Assembly: GCF_030684315.1 (NCBI RefSeq)
Contig: NC_081387.1
Coordinates: 20,146,678 to 20,210,677 of the forward strand
DNA length: 64,000 bases
Direction of reading: 5' to 3'
Source: Stegostoma tigrinum
Taxonomy: Eukaryota
Shown here: piece by piece, positions 1 through 12,046 of the stretch
Numbering within the stretch: the stretch's first letter is position 1
Layout of the letters: each line of letters opens with the position of its first letter
Translations under genes and position numbers: made by a program
The notes under the pieces: model-generated
Database searches by the model: none
Seen by the model: the letters and a program-made list of their open reading frames with translations, nothing else
What the model was told of the DNA's origin: nothing

Positions 1-684
1 GATGGAAATGTTTAATACAGAAATTTACTTTAAGGTCTGATTGGGTCTAGAGCTACAGAAATTCATTGAACATGGATTAATGGATGAATCTGACTTGGTA
101 TGTATGTGTCTGTGTGTTGAGAAACTTTCTGCAGAATATTTGATGGCATTATGCTGATGAACATAAGGTGTCTTGAGGCAAGGCTAGACATGAATGGAGC
201 GTTGGCCAACAAGAGAATTTTTTAGACTTCCAGGTGTAAGATTAATTTGTCTTGTATTGGTCTGAATTTAAATGGTCACCATGGGAATTGACTGAGTTTT
301 TCGAATTTATTTCATAGTTGAGAGGAGCAATAGTGAGAAAGACTGACAACGATAGAAGTCTACAGTACAGAAGGAGGCCATTCAACCGATCGTGCCTGTA
401 CCGCCTCCCAAAAGAGGTACCCGGCTAGTCCCATTAATGTATGCTGATTGGGCAGCCCAAGAAGAGAGCATAACGTTAAAAGCTGAACCAGGCCATTCAT
501 AATAGCAAGGCTAGAAGAAATATGAAACGGTCAGCCAGGTGCAGGGTAGTAGCTGAAGTGATGATGTAGCTGGAGTGGTAGTGGTTTGTAAGCATGAGCT
601 GAAATCCCAACAAGGCAGCTGCAATAAAGTTCGGAAATAAAAGCAAGGCATCAGTGTTGGTGAGCGTGTAAACATTATCTCTTG

Positions 685-1040
685 TTGCAAATCTCCATCT
701 GGTTCGTTCATGAAGGAAATCTAGCATTCTTACCTGATCTGGCCTACGCTTTGAAATGGCCCCACTCAGCACCGACTCGGCCATGTTTAATAACAAATAC
801 ACGCATTGTGAACTCTGCAAAGTCCTGCCTATTGGCTTGTGCAAAAATTGGGAGATCTGGCTCATTAATTAGGCAAGGCACAATTCTGCCACAGTCACAG
901 CCACGGCACGTGCGTTGTGGACGATATTCCGTCTCCTTGCCTTCCAAAAGTAATCAAAAAGCTTGTCAATGGTGCTATCAAGCAGCACTTACTCAGCAAT
1001 AATCTTCTTACTGATGCCCCGTTTGGGCTCTGCCAGTTGT
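685..1040 (+). mobile_element. Decayed SINE-head/LINE junction copy (family B)
   Basis: SINE body (gaaggaaatct...cttacctgatctggcctac) runs into the APE start (ctgcaaagtcct...ggcttgtgcaaaaattgggaga) and then an RT fragment (gctatcaagcagcacttactcagcaataatct), all matching the 21945-25155 element. Confidence 0.65.
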
Positions 1041-2263
1041 GGTGTCATTGCTGCTTTGATCCAAACAAAGAAAGATGAGCTGAAGGCTACACGTGAGAAT
1101 GACTGCTTTTTACATCAGTGCAACATTTGATTGAATGAAGCATCAAAGAGCCCAAATTAAAATCGAAGTCAATTTGAATTAGGGAAATAAACTCTCCATT
1201 GATTGAAGTTGCACCGATCATGACGAAAGATGGTTGTGATTTTCGGAAGTAAGTCATTTCAATCCCAATTCTGTAGCGGAGTTGTCGATGACAACCAATG
1301 CTGGGAATGATTAAACGAAAACAAGGCATAAGATTCTTGGTCAACTAATTAAATACGGCCAGGAATAGTTTGGTTTCCAATAGAGGATGCACTAAGTAAG
1401 GTCAGGTCAAGTCCGCCGAGTTAAATTACAGATGGTTTTCAATCTCCTTGCACAGATTCCATAGTTGTCGCATTCTCCTCAGACATGAAAGTTCACTAGT
1501 TTTATCCTAGGTGGGGAGATTATTTCCTTGGTTTCTGTCTTTCTCGAAGAAAGAGCCAAAATTCTACAATTTCCTGAAAATAGTACAGCAGGCTGGAAGA
1601 CTTGATGTATTGTCTCGGTTTCTATTGTCCCTATAACACAAGTCAAGCAACAACAATTCTCCTAATCATACCAACCTCTCGGATAACGTATAGTACTGCC
1701 AAATGATATTGAATGTGAGAACCTATGAAATACAAACTTCAATAATTTGTAATCCCATTTCGTTGAAAATGTAGTGATAGGAAAAGCTACTTTAATAGTC
1801 ACATGAAACTGAAAGAGGTAAAGAATGCGTTTTATTTTTGAATGAAGTGTTCTGTAACTGCTATTGACAGTGAGAAGATTTCATTTCGAGGAACGCAGCA
1901 AGCACGTTTTCCCTCGTCCCTTGTACAAGATCACCAGAATTGCTCAAACAGTAAGTAGTTCATTTGTATATTTACATATTCCAAAAATCAGATTACCAGA
2001 CGAACTCAGCCTCGCGTTTCACTTTGGCAAGACAAGAAAGATGTACACTTTTGGTCAGGATAATCAAGATTTAGTTATGAAAGGTTCACAAATAAACACA
2101 TGACATCTACAGATTAATTCATTGAAACGCCGGTGTATTCTACAGTTGCGGATTTGTACACATTCACAACTAAAATGTTCAACAGCTATCAGTTACATGA
2201 CGGTCCGTGCCTTGCTCTGGCTTTGATATTCCATAGGACAATGGCGGGCGCATGCAGAGTCCG

Positions 2264-2387
2264 TGATACTGGGAACTGCAGATGCTGGAGAATCCAAGAT
2301 AACAAAGTGTGGAGCTGGATGAAGACAGCAGGCCAAGCAGCATCTCAGGAGCACAAAAGCTGACGTTTCAGGCCTAGACTCTTCATC
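2264..2387. mobile_element. Penelope-derived terminal fragment
   Basis: Matches the end of the Penelope element at 43640-43735. Imperfect flanking duplication tgcagaRtcMgt. Confidence 0.8.
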
Positions 2388-2501
2388 CTGCAGAATCAGT
2401 AGGGCGAGGCCTTTCAGGTTATTTGCAGAGTTTCAATAGATGGTGGAGTACTCGACATGACTTGGGTCACGTTCCATGGTCCTCTTTTGTTGTTTGCTTA
2501 C

Positions 2502-2552
2502 TTTGGCATTACAGATGGGCGTTTCTTGATCGCTGCCACGATTAGAACGGAC
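2502..2552 (-). CDS. Candidate cytoplasmic exon of gene A (VRSNRGSDQETPICNAK)
   Basis: 51 nt, phase 0-0, attattattag| ... AAA|gtaagc. Frame-compatible with the exon ending at 6176. Confidence 0.35.
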
Positions 2553-3471
2553 CTAATAATAATTGCAATGAGATTAAAATTAGATTGACTCCTAATGCAT
2601 GGTAATGATGTAACACCAAACTACTCACAGCATCTAGGAGGCAGAATAAAAACATTTTTAAAAGGAACTAGAGTAACTTACGCTCGGCATTAAGGAACCC
2701 TGACTCGAGGTTCTGTTTTGGTGAAACGTTGTGACAGCACAAAGAATGGGGAGGTTAGTAGGGCATGATTATAGCATTGAGTAAGATACATAGGGAAATT
2801 ACAATAGAATTATGGAAATGATTCCAACCCGGGTTTGGGGGGAGCGGGGAGCCATATGTCCCGTTGTCTCCATGCCGGATCTCTGCAGGAGCAACTGATC
2901 TAGCACACACCTTTAGACAATCTTTCGCCACTGCAGCATTTACATAAGTATGTCAAAATAGGATAATTATAGCGCGTCATTATAACTCCTCCACATTTTC
3001 TACCTTCGTATAATTTCTTTTTTCCAGTTCAAGGCCTATAGAATATACCAACCGGTGTAATGGTGTCCATTCTTTCTTATCTCTAACCAAATAGATTATG
3101 TCATGACACCTTTAGGACATTCTTTCTCTTTAGCACTGTAATATTCTTGTCAATAAATATTGCTGCCCTTCCTCCATCGTTTCCTTCCCATTGTCTCCCA
3201 AATGCTCTGCATTGTCAGCGCGAATGTTTTTCTTTTGGGAGCTAGATCCCTCTTATCTTCGATCACATTTCCAAATGGTTATCTGCACCTGCATTACACC
3301 AACATTAATTACCATATTCAATGGATTCACGTAAACAGAGCGACAAAGTGTAGTCATACTCGTACCGCCAATTGATCCGATTCCGCTTGGTGCTTTATTA
3401 TTTCTTAAATCAGTGCTATGCGTCTCTCCCAATATTTTCTTCATTTTTTCTTTTACCTCAACTGTTATTTA

Positions 3472-3572
3472 CTAGTTCCATTTCTTCCGGCCTAAACAAT
3501 TTACCAGCACCAGCACAACCACAGGCAATGGCAAAATGACCCAGAAAATGGGGCAAGAAAGATAAGCCGTTT
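3472..3572 (-). CDS. Orphan TM-like exon candidate (xTAYLSCPIFWVILPLPVVVLVLVNCLGRKKWN*)
   Basis: Acceptor taatttaatcag|, phase 1, ~21 hydrophobic residues followed by RKK and a stop. Parent gene uncertain. Confidence 0.4.
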
Positions 3573-3754
3573 CTGATTAAATTAGATTATTATACCTGAA
3601 GCAAGTAATGTCAGTGTTACAAAGTTGAGCAATGCACGGAGATATTGAGGAGGGACCGTATGAACCACGTGTTAAACCTTATACAGGTATTTCTGCCATA
3701 AAGCGTGTTTCATTAACGCGAATTGACCGTAAAGCGATTGATGAGCAGTGGATT

Positions 3755-3883
3755 TCTGAAGAAGTGCTCAAACCCGAAACGTCAGCTTTTCTGCTCCTCT
3801 GATGCTAGTTGCCCTGCTGCGTCCATCTAGCTCTACACTTTGTTATCTCAGATTCTCCTGCAGCGGCAGTTCCTACTATCTCT
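3755..3883. mobile_element. Penelope-derived terminal fragment
   Basis: ctgaagaag...cccgaaacgtcagc...gttcctactatc, same family. Confidence 0.75.
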
Positions 3884-4399
3884 GTTGAATAGTGGGCGCT
3901 CCTTGGATAACACGAACTTTCTACTGGACGGTAAAAGCGATTTGCTGCAGCGGTTATCCACAGCGCGACATCACCCAAGAACGTAGCCATCGCGTTATAC
4001 GAGAAATACGTGTTGCAACAGAACCAGCAGAGTATCATACGTCCTTTGATTGAGCTGGTTTGAGTTTTGTGGCGTGGGTAAAGAAAAAAAAATGAAGCTG
4101 CGCTGGGTTCAGATTTACTGGGTCAGGACGTTGTGTCTTGGCGAGAAGTGGAAGTTTGAAGATTGAAAATTTGGTCGCGATAAAACATGCTCTACAGGAA
4201 TTTGCAAAAACGTCTTTCACAGCACCACATGAAGCTACACCTCTCTACCTCCAGTCGGTAGAAACTCTGTACCGCCATCTCCAAACTTATCGCCAAGCTT
4301 ATACTTGAAAAGTGAAATTCTAGGTGTCATAAAATCAAAAAAGAGCGCAAGCGCTCTAAATGCAGGCCCGTAGTTTAGAAACACAATGGAAAAATAAGC

Positions 4400-5010
4400 C
4401 AAATATATGCTCATATTCTTAAAGAGGTGGGATTAAAAAGTAGGGAAGTTATTCAAGCCCTTACTGAAACCGCTTAGGCTACAATGCTACTGAGAACTGT
4501 GAACTATTGAAGACCATATCATAAAAGGGAACTGAGCCATGGGAGGAGCTGTAGAGAAGATTTTCAAGAATAATTACAAAATGGGGTGGGGTCGGGGAAG
4601 GGGGTGGTGCGTATAAATATCAAGAAAGAATGGGCAGATTGGTTGTTTAAAATAGCAGAGAGGAGGCCTATCTGATTTTTTAAAAATCGTGGAATATTTT
4701 AGTAGAGTGGAGACCATGTTTCCTCTTGGTGAGGAAAAGCTGATAAAAATCGATAAGTACAAAGTAGCCACCATCTTCTACGCTCCCCTCCATGCCCCCA
4801 GACCACCAACAGGAATTCAGATGTAAGTTCTTTACTGAAACATATTGAAAATTTGGAACCACGAGGATTGGTTGAAAGCAACGCAAGTTAATGCGAGAGG
4901 CGGACAGAGAGAGTTACGATGATAGGGTTAGATGTGTGAGGATTCGAGGAAGCTCAAGTGGAGAGTAAATAATTGCATTGGTTGTTTGGGTCAGATAACC
5001 TGCTATATGC
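4400..5010 (+). mobile_element. Decayed CR1 LINE 3' fragment
   Basis: Diverged similarity to the 3' ORF2/UTR region of the CR1 copies elsewhere in the window. Confidence 0.5.
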
Positions 5011-5240
5011 CGTCTATTTAACATAATCGTGTATTATATAAAATGCACTTTGGAAATGAATCACCGTTACCTCAACATTGCAGGACGCAATCTTTCCATC
5101 CAACAGCACTGTGCGAGTACGAGTGAAGTTAATATTAACCAATTAAAAACATTCCCACCAAAACATTTCACTGTAGAACCCAATCTTCCTAGTTCCGGGA
5201 AAGTCACATCCCTCAACTCTTGGTGTTCTCTCCTCAAGTA

Positions 5241-5660
5241 GCGCGGGCATGCGGCAGAGCCGACTGGAGACATTGAGCGGAGTGGTCCGGGGGCATGGAG
5301 CGGAGAAGATCAGCGGGTTGGAGGCCCCAGCGGAGCGGAACGGTTATCGGAGTGGAGACCCGTGTGGGCGTCCAGCGGCTTGCGAGCCGGGGCCGACCAC
5401 ATGTGGAAACATCCTGTGCTGATCTACTGAAAGACTGTAATGCTTATCTTTTTAGCTTTATTTCCATTTTTCTAACTTATACTATGAATAACTGTATGTG
5501 ATGTAACGTTTTTAACTTTTCCCCTTGATTTCTGTATTTTGTAGCTAAGATCTGTGCCTAGGCACTTTGTACCGAAGATGGCGCTATATAGGACAACATT
5601 ACACACTTTTCACGGTACTCCCGTACTTCCGTACTTGAGTACACGTGACAATAAAGGATT
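5241..5660 (+). repeat. Unclassified repeat, probably a retroelement 3' end
   Basis: Abrupt GC/CpG-rich block, then T-rich tract, ending gtacacgtgacaataaa. Confidence 0.4.
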
Positions 5661-6175
5661 AGGTTAGATTACTCGATTCTACACTACGCAAGGTGAATTT
5701 CGGTCTATTCTGCTTGGGCACCACCACAACATACAAAATCATGAAAAAGAGCCCTTATTATTGAAGTCTACTGATTCATTAATGCACCTTATCACTCATA
5801 CTTCTTCACCAAATTGTTTTTGCTTTGGGTGTTATGGGGTGGTGACTCAATTTCCACTGGAAATTATCAACCCTAAGTCTAAGAAAACGAAGCCATTCAG
5901 CCCATTATTTTGGTGACGCAGGCCATTATGTGAAGACAGCACCTCTCCTCAAATACCTTGTTATTGGGGCTCGTTAACATTGTTTTGTGCTGTTTTTGGG
6001 GCTGGTTTCATTTTGAAAAGAAAACATTTGCAAGCAGATTTAGGATACTGTAAAAAAAAACTTGGGAACAGAGAAATTCCATCCCTGGAAATGACCTTTG
6101 ATGAATTACTGGAAGTTCGTTGTTCGATCTACTATTGGCGCGTAACAAAGCAGCTTAATATGCAAATTCTCTTAC

Positions 6176-6204
6176 TTGTGTTGTTCGCTGTAGATTGGGA
6201 ACTG
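6176..6204 (-). CDS. Gene A cytoplasmic micro-exon (AVPNLQRTTQ)
   Basis: 29 nt, ccatttccacag| ... CAA|gtaaga, phase 1-0. Same length, phase and flanks as gene B exon 4. Confidence 0.7.
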
Positions 6205-6577
6205 CTGTGGAAATGGAGTTTTGAGATAAGTCAGTGTTGGAGTCTAACTATGCAGCACTTACACACATTGTTGCACACAAGAAAATGCACACTAACACAT
6301 GTACACAGAAACACACCTGTCGAAAATGAAACAGGAGATCTCAGAAGAACATGATGGGAAGACGATGAACTTGTGGAAGGTGAGCAGACTTTAAGAATTA
6401 AAGGAGAGTTGGATGATCTCTCAGTTGCGAGAGGAATTTGACGTTATCAATTGGGATTTGTTTAGAAGGGTAGATTAGATGCCTTCATACATGAGACTTT
6501 GTTGTTGGTAGAATGGCAGGTAGGATTATTGTTGCGTTAACTTCGAATTTTTCACACATCTGAGCGTTAGATCTCCA

Positions 6578-6870
6578 GCACGGGAGCTTGTTGGTTAGCA
6601 CTACTACCACACAAGGCCATGGGCCTGGGTTCGATTCCACCCTCGGATAACTCTTTCTACGGAGTTTACATGTTCTCCCTGTGTCTACATGGGTTTCTTA
6701 TGGGTGCTGTGGCTTCCTCTCACAGTTGAAAGATGTGCAGGTTAGATGGATCGGCAATGGTGATTGCAGGGATATGGTAGGAAGTGGGCCTGGGTGGGAT
6801 GTTTTTCGGAGGGTTGGTGTGGACTCGATTGGATCAATGTCCTGATTCCACGCTGTAGGGATTCTATTGT
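6578..6870 (+). mobile_element. HE1-type tRNA SINE
   Basis: ggttagcact...gggttcgattcc head, V-SINE core ggagtttacatgttctccctgtg, tail ctgtagggattcta. Confidence 0.8.
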
Positions 6871-7052
6871 ACATGAATATACTATCGTACATGCACACCG
6901 ACACAAGGGTTACAGCAAAAAACGCGAGTACAAATGTACTTGAACAAAAGCATCTACAAGTGTGTTAATTCTTATTTTGTTTTAACTAAGCAGTTATAAC
7001 AATTAACGTAGAGAATATTTACATCAAGTAGAGAATATTTACATTCACATAC

Positions 7053-7081
7053 CATTCGTTGTATTGGTTGCACCGAGATCT
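7053..7081 (-). CDS. Gene A cytoplasmic micro-exon (DLGATNTTN)
   Basis: 29 nt, ctgctttttatag| ... ATG|gtatgt, phase 2-1. Frame-compatible with both neighbours. Confidence 0.65.
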
Positions 7082-7177
7082 CTATAAAAAGCAGAGTGGT
7101 TGATATTTGAATTTAATATTATGCACATTATGTTCTGAATAATCGTCAATGCTGTAATATAATTAATGGTCCCGTAC

Positions 7178-7196
7178 CTTTTCAGCTTCAAGATTA
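7178..7196 (-). CDS. Gene A cytoplasmic micro-exon (VILKLKR)
   Basis: 19 nt, attttattttccag| ... AAG|gtacgg, phase 1-2. Supplies basic juxtamembrane residues. Confidence 0.7.
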
Positions 7197-7878
7197 CTGG
7201 AAAATAAAATGGATATTTATTAATTTAGTTGTATTAAATTTATTAGTTTAAATATTTTAAACTCATTACTTCATGGGCGCGCTTCTTATTAGCATACGGC
7301 AAAATGATCATGTACATATGTTCTGGTGACATTTAAAACCTTAGCACAACGAGTATTTGGGCATTTCTTCCTTACATCATGAGCGGAGGATCTTCAGTTA
7401 CGCAGATTGATCACGGCGGTTGCAATAGTACACCTCAGAAAAGTGAAAATTGAGAAGGAATCTAAAAGAATGTTTAAAAAAGAGGCAGCTGGACGGAGTG
7501 GATAGGGAAAATTTTCGTAATGGTGGAAGGAGAGAGTGAAACCACATATTTAGGATAATTGGTTATAAAGCAATGGTGGCATGGGGAGAAACCGTATCAT
7601 ACAGCTGGATCATGGTGATGTTTTGAAGTGCACTGCCTGATTCAATTGAGGCATTCAAGTGGGCATTGGGCGATTATTTAGATAGAAATAAAGTGGTGCA
7701 ATATGAGGGAAAGGCAGGAGATTGTCACTAGGAAATAGAACTGGTGCATGCATGATTGGCCAAATGGTCTCACTCTATATTGTAGCAATTCTGTGATAGA
7801 GAGCAGAGTAGTTATCCAGTACTAAAGCAAAAGGATATTTGTTCAACAGGTCCCGGCGCATTTGACAGAATTGCAAAC

Positions 7879-7998
7879 CTTTATTTTGTTGGATCAGTCC
7901 ACATATAAGAACCATTACAATTATAACCAGTAAGGTCACAGCACCTCCCAGTCCTAGCAACGAATTATTATTTCCGCGATTTTTCTCCGATCCCTTGC
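7879..7998 (-). CDS. Gene A exon 3, stalk + transmembrane (RKGSEKNRGNNNSLLGLGGAVTLLVIIVMVLICGLIQQNK)
   Basis: 120-nt phase 1-1 exon, acceptor cctgtttcag|, donor G|gtttgc. ~22-aa hydrophobic helix with no charged residue. Confidence 0.88.
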
Positions 7999-8118
7999 CT
8001 GAAACAGGATTTAAAATAAACATGTCAAAATCCTATTTCGAAGATATTGAGGAGAAACTTTATTTAATGTTTTGATAAATAGCGTGATTGTAAAACTATA
8101 TCAATTGCATTTCTCTGG

Positions 8119-8277
8119 TATAACAAGGTGTGATGCTGGATGAACACAGCAGGCCAAGCGGCATCTCAGGAGCAGGAAAGCTGACCTTACGGGCCTCGTC
8201 AGCTTTCCTGCTCCTAAGATGCTGCTTGGCCAGCTTATCTCTGATTCTCCAGCATCTGCAGTTCCTATTATCTCTGA
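8119..8277. mobile_element. Penelope-derived hairpin with target-site duplication
   Basis: Inverted arms; flanked by atatcaattgcatttYtct on both sides. Confidence 0.8.
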
Positions 8278-8596
8278 TATCAATTGCATTTTTCTAGTGG
8301 CTTTCACAGTTTCAGGGTATTGTAAAGTGCTTTGCAACCAACAAACTAGTTTTGAAGTACAGCCACTTCTGGAATCCAGTAAACATGACAGCCAAACTGA
8401 GCTTAGGAAGACCACACAAACAGCAGTGTGATATTGATGGGTGAATTAGGCTTCTTCGTGATTTTGCTGACGTTGTATGATGCTGGAGACACATTGCGCA
8501 AACACAGAGGCCACATCCCTTGTAATTCCTCGAAATAAGGTCACAGAAACATTTGCAGTCACTTGAGAGGAGAGGCAGGGATTTAAATATCATGGA

Positions 8597-8730
8597 TTTG
8601 AGCAACGCTGAGTAACGTTTGTTGCCTATCCCTAATTGGATAGCTAAGCATCAATCACATCGCTATGGATCTGGAGTGAAATTTAAGCCAGACCAGAGAA
8701 TATCGCAAACTTCTTCCTTTAAAGGCCCCC
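8597..8730 (-). mobile_element. Deu/SacSINE1-type SINE fragment
   Basis: Family-B LINE tail (ttgcctatccctaattg) joined to the SINE body. Confidence 0.55.
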
Positions 8731-8756
8731 GCACCTTTAGATGGCATTAGATTTAT

Positions 8757-9059
8757 CATAGAATCCCTACAGTGTGGAAGTAGGCCATTTGGCTCATCAA
8801 GTTAACATTGCCTGCTCCTAAATGCATTCTGCCCAGACCCAAATCCTTAACCTATCCCTGTAATCCTGCATTTCCTATAGCCAAGCCATCCAGCCTACAC
8901 AACGCTGGACACTGCAGGGCAATTTAGCATGGCCAAGCCATCTAATTGCACATCTTTGGACTGCGAGGGAAACCCAGATCACCTGGAGAAAACCCACGCA
9001 GAACTGTGGAGCACGTGTTATGAGGCTGCACTAGTAACTACTGAGCCACTGTGCCGCCG
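8757..9059 (-). mobile_element. HE1-type tRNA SINE
   Basis: Reverse-complement match to 50943-51250. Confidence 0.8.
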
Positions 9060-9293
9060 TTTAGTGATGTTTTTGCTGAGAAACTGATAATTGTCAATGA
9101 GTTATGTGGTCTACAATAGAATAGTTTTGTATTTCAGACCTTTTTTCTTCTAAAAAATATCTTGCGATTCTTTCTTGATGATTGAAAGATTACAAGTTGT
9201 AACAAGGTATCGTCTTTTCAACATCACTCAATTATGCGTCCCTAAAGGACAACATTTTAGAAATAGAAATGACTATTCTAGCTTGCCACTTAC

Positions 9294-9635
9294 GCTTCAC
9301 TTCCAGCGTGGTGCCGTTTCCATCTCTTTCCTCCTTTCCCATCACACTTACACGACAGTAATAGGTATCTGAGTCTTTTTCAATCAGGTTGGAGATATTA
9401 ATGAAAATTCTGTTGTGAGTAAATGAATCACCGTCCGATTTCCGCAGTCGAGCTGCATAAAAAGGACTATCATCCAATTTGTACCCATCTGGTTTGCCCC
9501 GCGTCCAGGAAACTGCACCAACGAGAAACGGGGTTTCTTGAAAGTCCAACGCACAGTTCAGCGTGACCGATTCGCCCTCTGTTACAGTTATAAAGGGAGG
9601 GAACTGGAAGACAGTGACATCCATCTTCGTATCCA
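9294..9635 (-). CDS. NCR3: Gene A exon 2, single-exon VJ-type Ig V domain, NKp30/NCR3-like
   Basis: 342-nt phase 1-1 exon (ttttctttctaccag| ... C|gtaagt). Canonical V-set residues TLNC, VGAVSW, DSDTYYC and J-like GNGTTLEVK. The pattern VxQxPPxIxxxEG...GxVxWxR...RL...FxH...CRVxVxG...GNGTxLxV matches NKp30 as I recall it. Family call is strong; orthology is not established. Confidence 0.9.
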
Positions 9636-10033
9636 CTGGTAGAAAGAAAAGATTATTGGTTATAGTTTTATTCATATATTTGTATCTATGTATAGATTAA
9701 ACAAACGGGAGGCGCTAGCAATTTAAAATGCATTACACGCCTGCCGAAAGTGCATGGGAACTTCACTATATCAGATAGGGTCTGAACCACGAAGCGAGCT
9801 GAAAGTTTTATTGTGCTACTCCTTTTCACTGCTTTGTGATCTGAACCAAGAGTTCAAACCCTAAAATGCAATTGCTGAAGCAATGTCAAGATCCCCTATC
9901 GCTCAACATTTTACTTTTTCATTATTAATTGCTTTGTCTTGATGTGGGGCAACATTGAGCCTTCGTTGCTGGGGCTTCCTTACACTTAAATAAATTGCAG
10001 CAACTTTGCAAAGCGGGGCAGAAGTGAAGAGAG

Positions 10034-10201
10034 ATAGTAGGAACTGCAGATGCTGGAGAATCTGAGATAACAAGGTGTAGAGCTGGATGAACACAGCAGG
10101 CCAAGCAGCAACAGAGGAGCAGGGAAGCTTGAAAATTTTCTGAAGAAGGGTCCCGACCCCAAACGTCAAGCTTTCCTGCTCCTCTGTTGCTGCTTGGTCA
10201 A
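10034..10201. mobile_element. Penelope-derived hairpin with target-site duplication
   Basis: Inverted arms; aagtgaagagag on both flanks. Confidence 0.8.
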
Positions 10202-10544
10202 AAGTGAAGAGAGTTCTGTGCCGACCTGGCGACAGGGAAACGCCGATTAATTCACTTGTTTGATTCTACTCACATCGACAATGTGAAATCGCGTGTAATC
10301 TGGAATCTAGACACAAATTTAGCCCGTAGAAGTTTGTTGAACGTATGTGCGATAGGATGCTGTTACACCCTCACTTCGTCGACTTTATTTTGAATAAGCT
10401 CTTCATCTACTTAAGCCGAGCAGGTATTGCGTCTCTGGTTCCTGGCGAGACCATCATGTTATATAGTGGTTATTATTATACAGAGTACTGATACAGCACT
10501 TTCCAGGGCTCATAACCCGAGCGCGACTGCTCCCTTACTATGTA

Positions 10545-10665
10545 AAAACTGAAAGAACTGCACATGCTGTAAATCAGGAACTATGTCTGACGAAGGGTCA
10601 CCGGACACGAAACGCTAACTGTGAATTTTCTTCAAAGATGCAGCCAGACCTGTTGAGCTTTTGTC
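10545..10665. mobile_element. Penelope-derived element, second subfamily
   Basis: ctgacgaagggtcaccggacacgaaacg motif. Related copies at ~19670, 31960, 32590, 38985, 52495 and 61780. Confidence 0.6.
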
Positions 10666-11988
10666 CTGCTCTTACTCCCTTACTGTTAACTGTTGCAATG
10701 TCGAAGTTAGCTCTGAGCTTCAAGGAAATCTACACCAAGTGATTAAAACAAAAACAAAAATATCAGAAGATGCGGTGTGATTTGCAAAGAGGAGTCAAGA
10801 GGGCATTGTGATTTAGAGAGGAGAACAGATCACGGGATCAAGATAAGCAGCAGAAGCGCGAGGGCCAGATGAAAGGAAATGGATATTCAGAAGTGGGGAA
10901 TAAAAATTAATACGTTCCATTGAAGTAGGATCAAGGAAAGGGAAGCGGACGAGAAACAGAAAGATGGAAGAATAGGAGGTTTGTATAAGCAAGGGTGAAA
11001 ATAAGGGAGAAAACACAGTCGGGTGGCGACCACAAGTAATGATGGTGGTATTGGGTTATATCGACAGTGTTGGCGGCGTGTGAGGGGTTATAGGGTGGTG
11101 AACCTTTGGGGTTGATGCTCACAAAGTGTAAGAAGAATAGCTCCGTCCCAGATTGGGGAGGCTGTCGTTTGAATACAGATCTGTCAAATTGCCGGAAAAA
11201 ATGTTGACTTTGCCTGAACATCTGGTCGACGATGTAAGGTCAGGAGGCTGACACTATGGGGAGGGTCACGGACGATCGCACCGAGCTTTGGTTGAATCCG
11301 CAGTTGCTCGGATACTTAAGCAAACCCCAAGAAGCAGCACCCAGGTCTGGACGAATAGTCCTGTAAACAATACAAATGTCAGCGACGCGTAGATCCCGTG
11401 AACAGAATAAAACCAAACGGCTACACCATAGTAAATGCACGTGTTTATGATTCTTTTTGGAAAAAAGAAAATAACTATAAATTTGTATAGCGTCCCTTCA
11501 CGTACGCAGTGCTTCAGAATTGAACCTTGCTTCTCAGTTCTTGTCTTAACACGGGCATCAAATCCAGTTAGCAGCGCCTCACTCGTCGGCTGCAATTCAG
11601 TTAAGAGGTTCGCCCCGAATTTCTCAAACCCTCCGCCGCAATTCCGATGCGAGATGGCTTGTGAAACTTAGCTGCCGATCTCCCGCCAAAATTCCGAGCA
11701 GGAGAGAGAGAAATGCTGGCAGGAACTGCACCTCTGTGCGTCCCAACTTTCGGATATAATGGCGGGAGCGGCACTATGTTTCATACCGCAGGCGGCTGCG
11801 AGTTGCAGGCGCTTGGCGTCCACAAATTCGCTTCCGTTCGCATTTCGGTGGATGTTTCAGCCAGTCCACTTACCGGCGGTAAGATGGCCATGGCTTCTTA
11901 GAACACGCGTAGTTTCTGCAACATTTGCGACGCAAAATAATCTTTTTTTTGTCCTCGATTTGGAACGGCAAAGATCAGTGGAACTCAC

Positions 11989-12046
11989 CCGCACTTGTTG
12001 CAAAGATAATCGACAGCATGAGGGTCAGCAGTTGTCGCAAAACCAT
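11989..12046 (-). CDS. Gene A exon 1, signal peptide MVLRQLLTLMLSIIFATSA
   Basis: ATG at 12046, 19 mostly hydrophobic codons + G, then strong donor G|gtgagt. Phase 1 matches the V exon (G|TG = Val). Lies in a CpG-rich stretch. Confidence 0.85.

Noticed and set aside
497-620. Hydrophobic C-terminus resembling a GPI-anchor signal
   Set aside because: No linked upstream exon once 734-814 is rejected.
734-814. Minus-strand exon candidate SSQCVYLLLNM... with strong donor CAG|gtaaga and a YxxL
   Set aside because: Lies inside the decayed SINE-head/LINE junction; the donor is the antisense of the SINE motif cttacctg and the acceptor is weak.
7008-7044. 17-nt direct repeat next to a donor site; also a G run at 56205-56220
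   Set aside because: Ordinary slippage products with no evidence of function.
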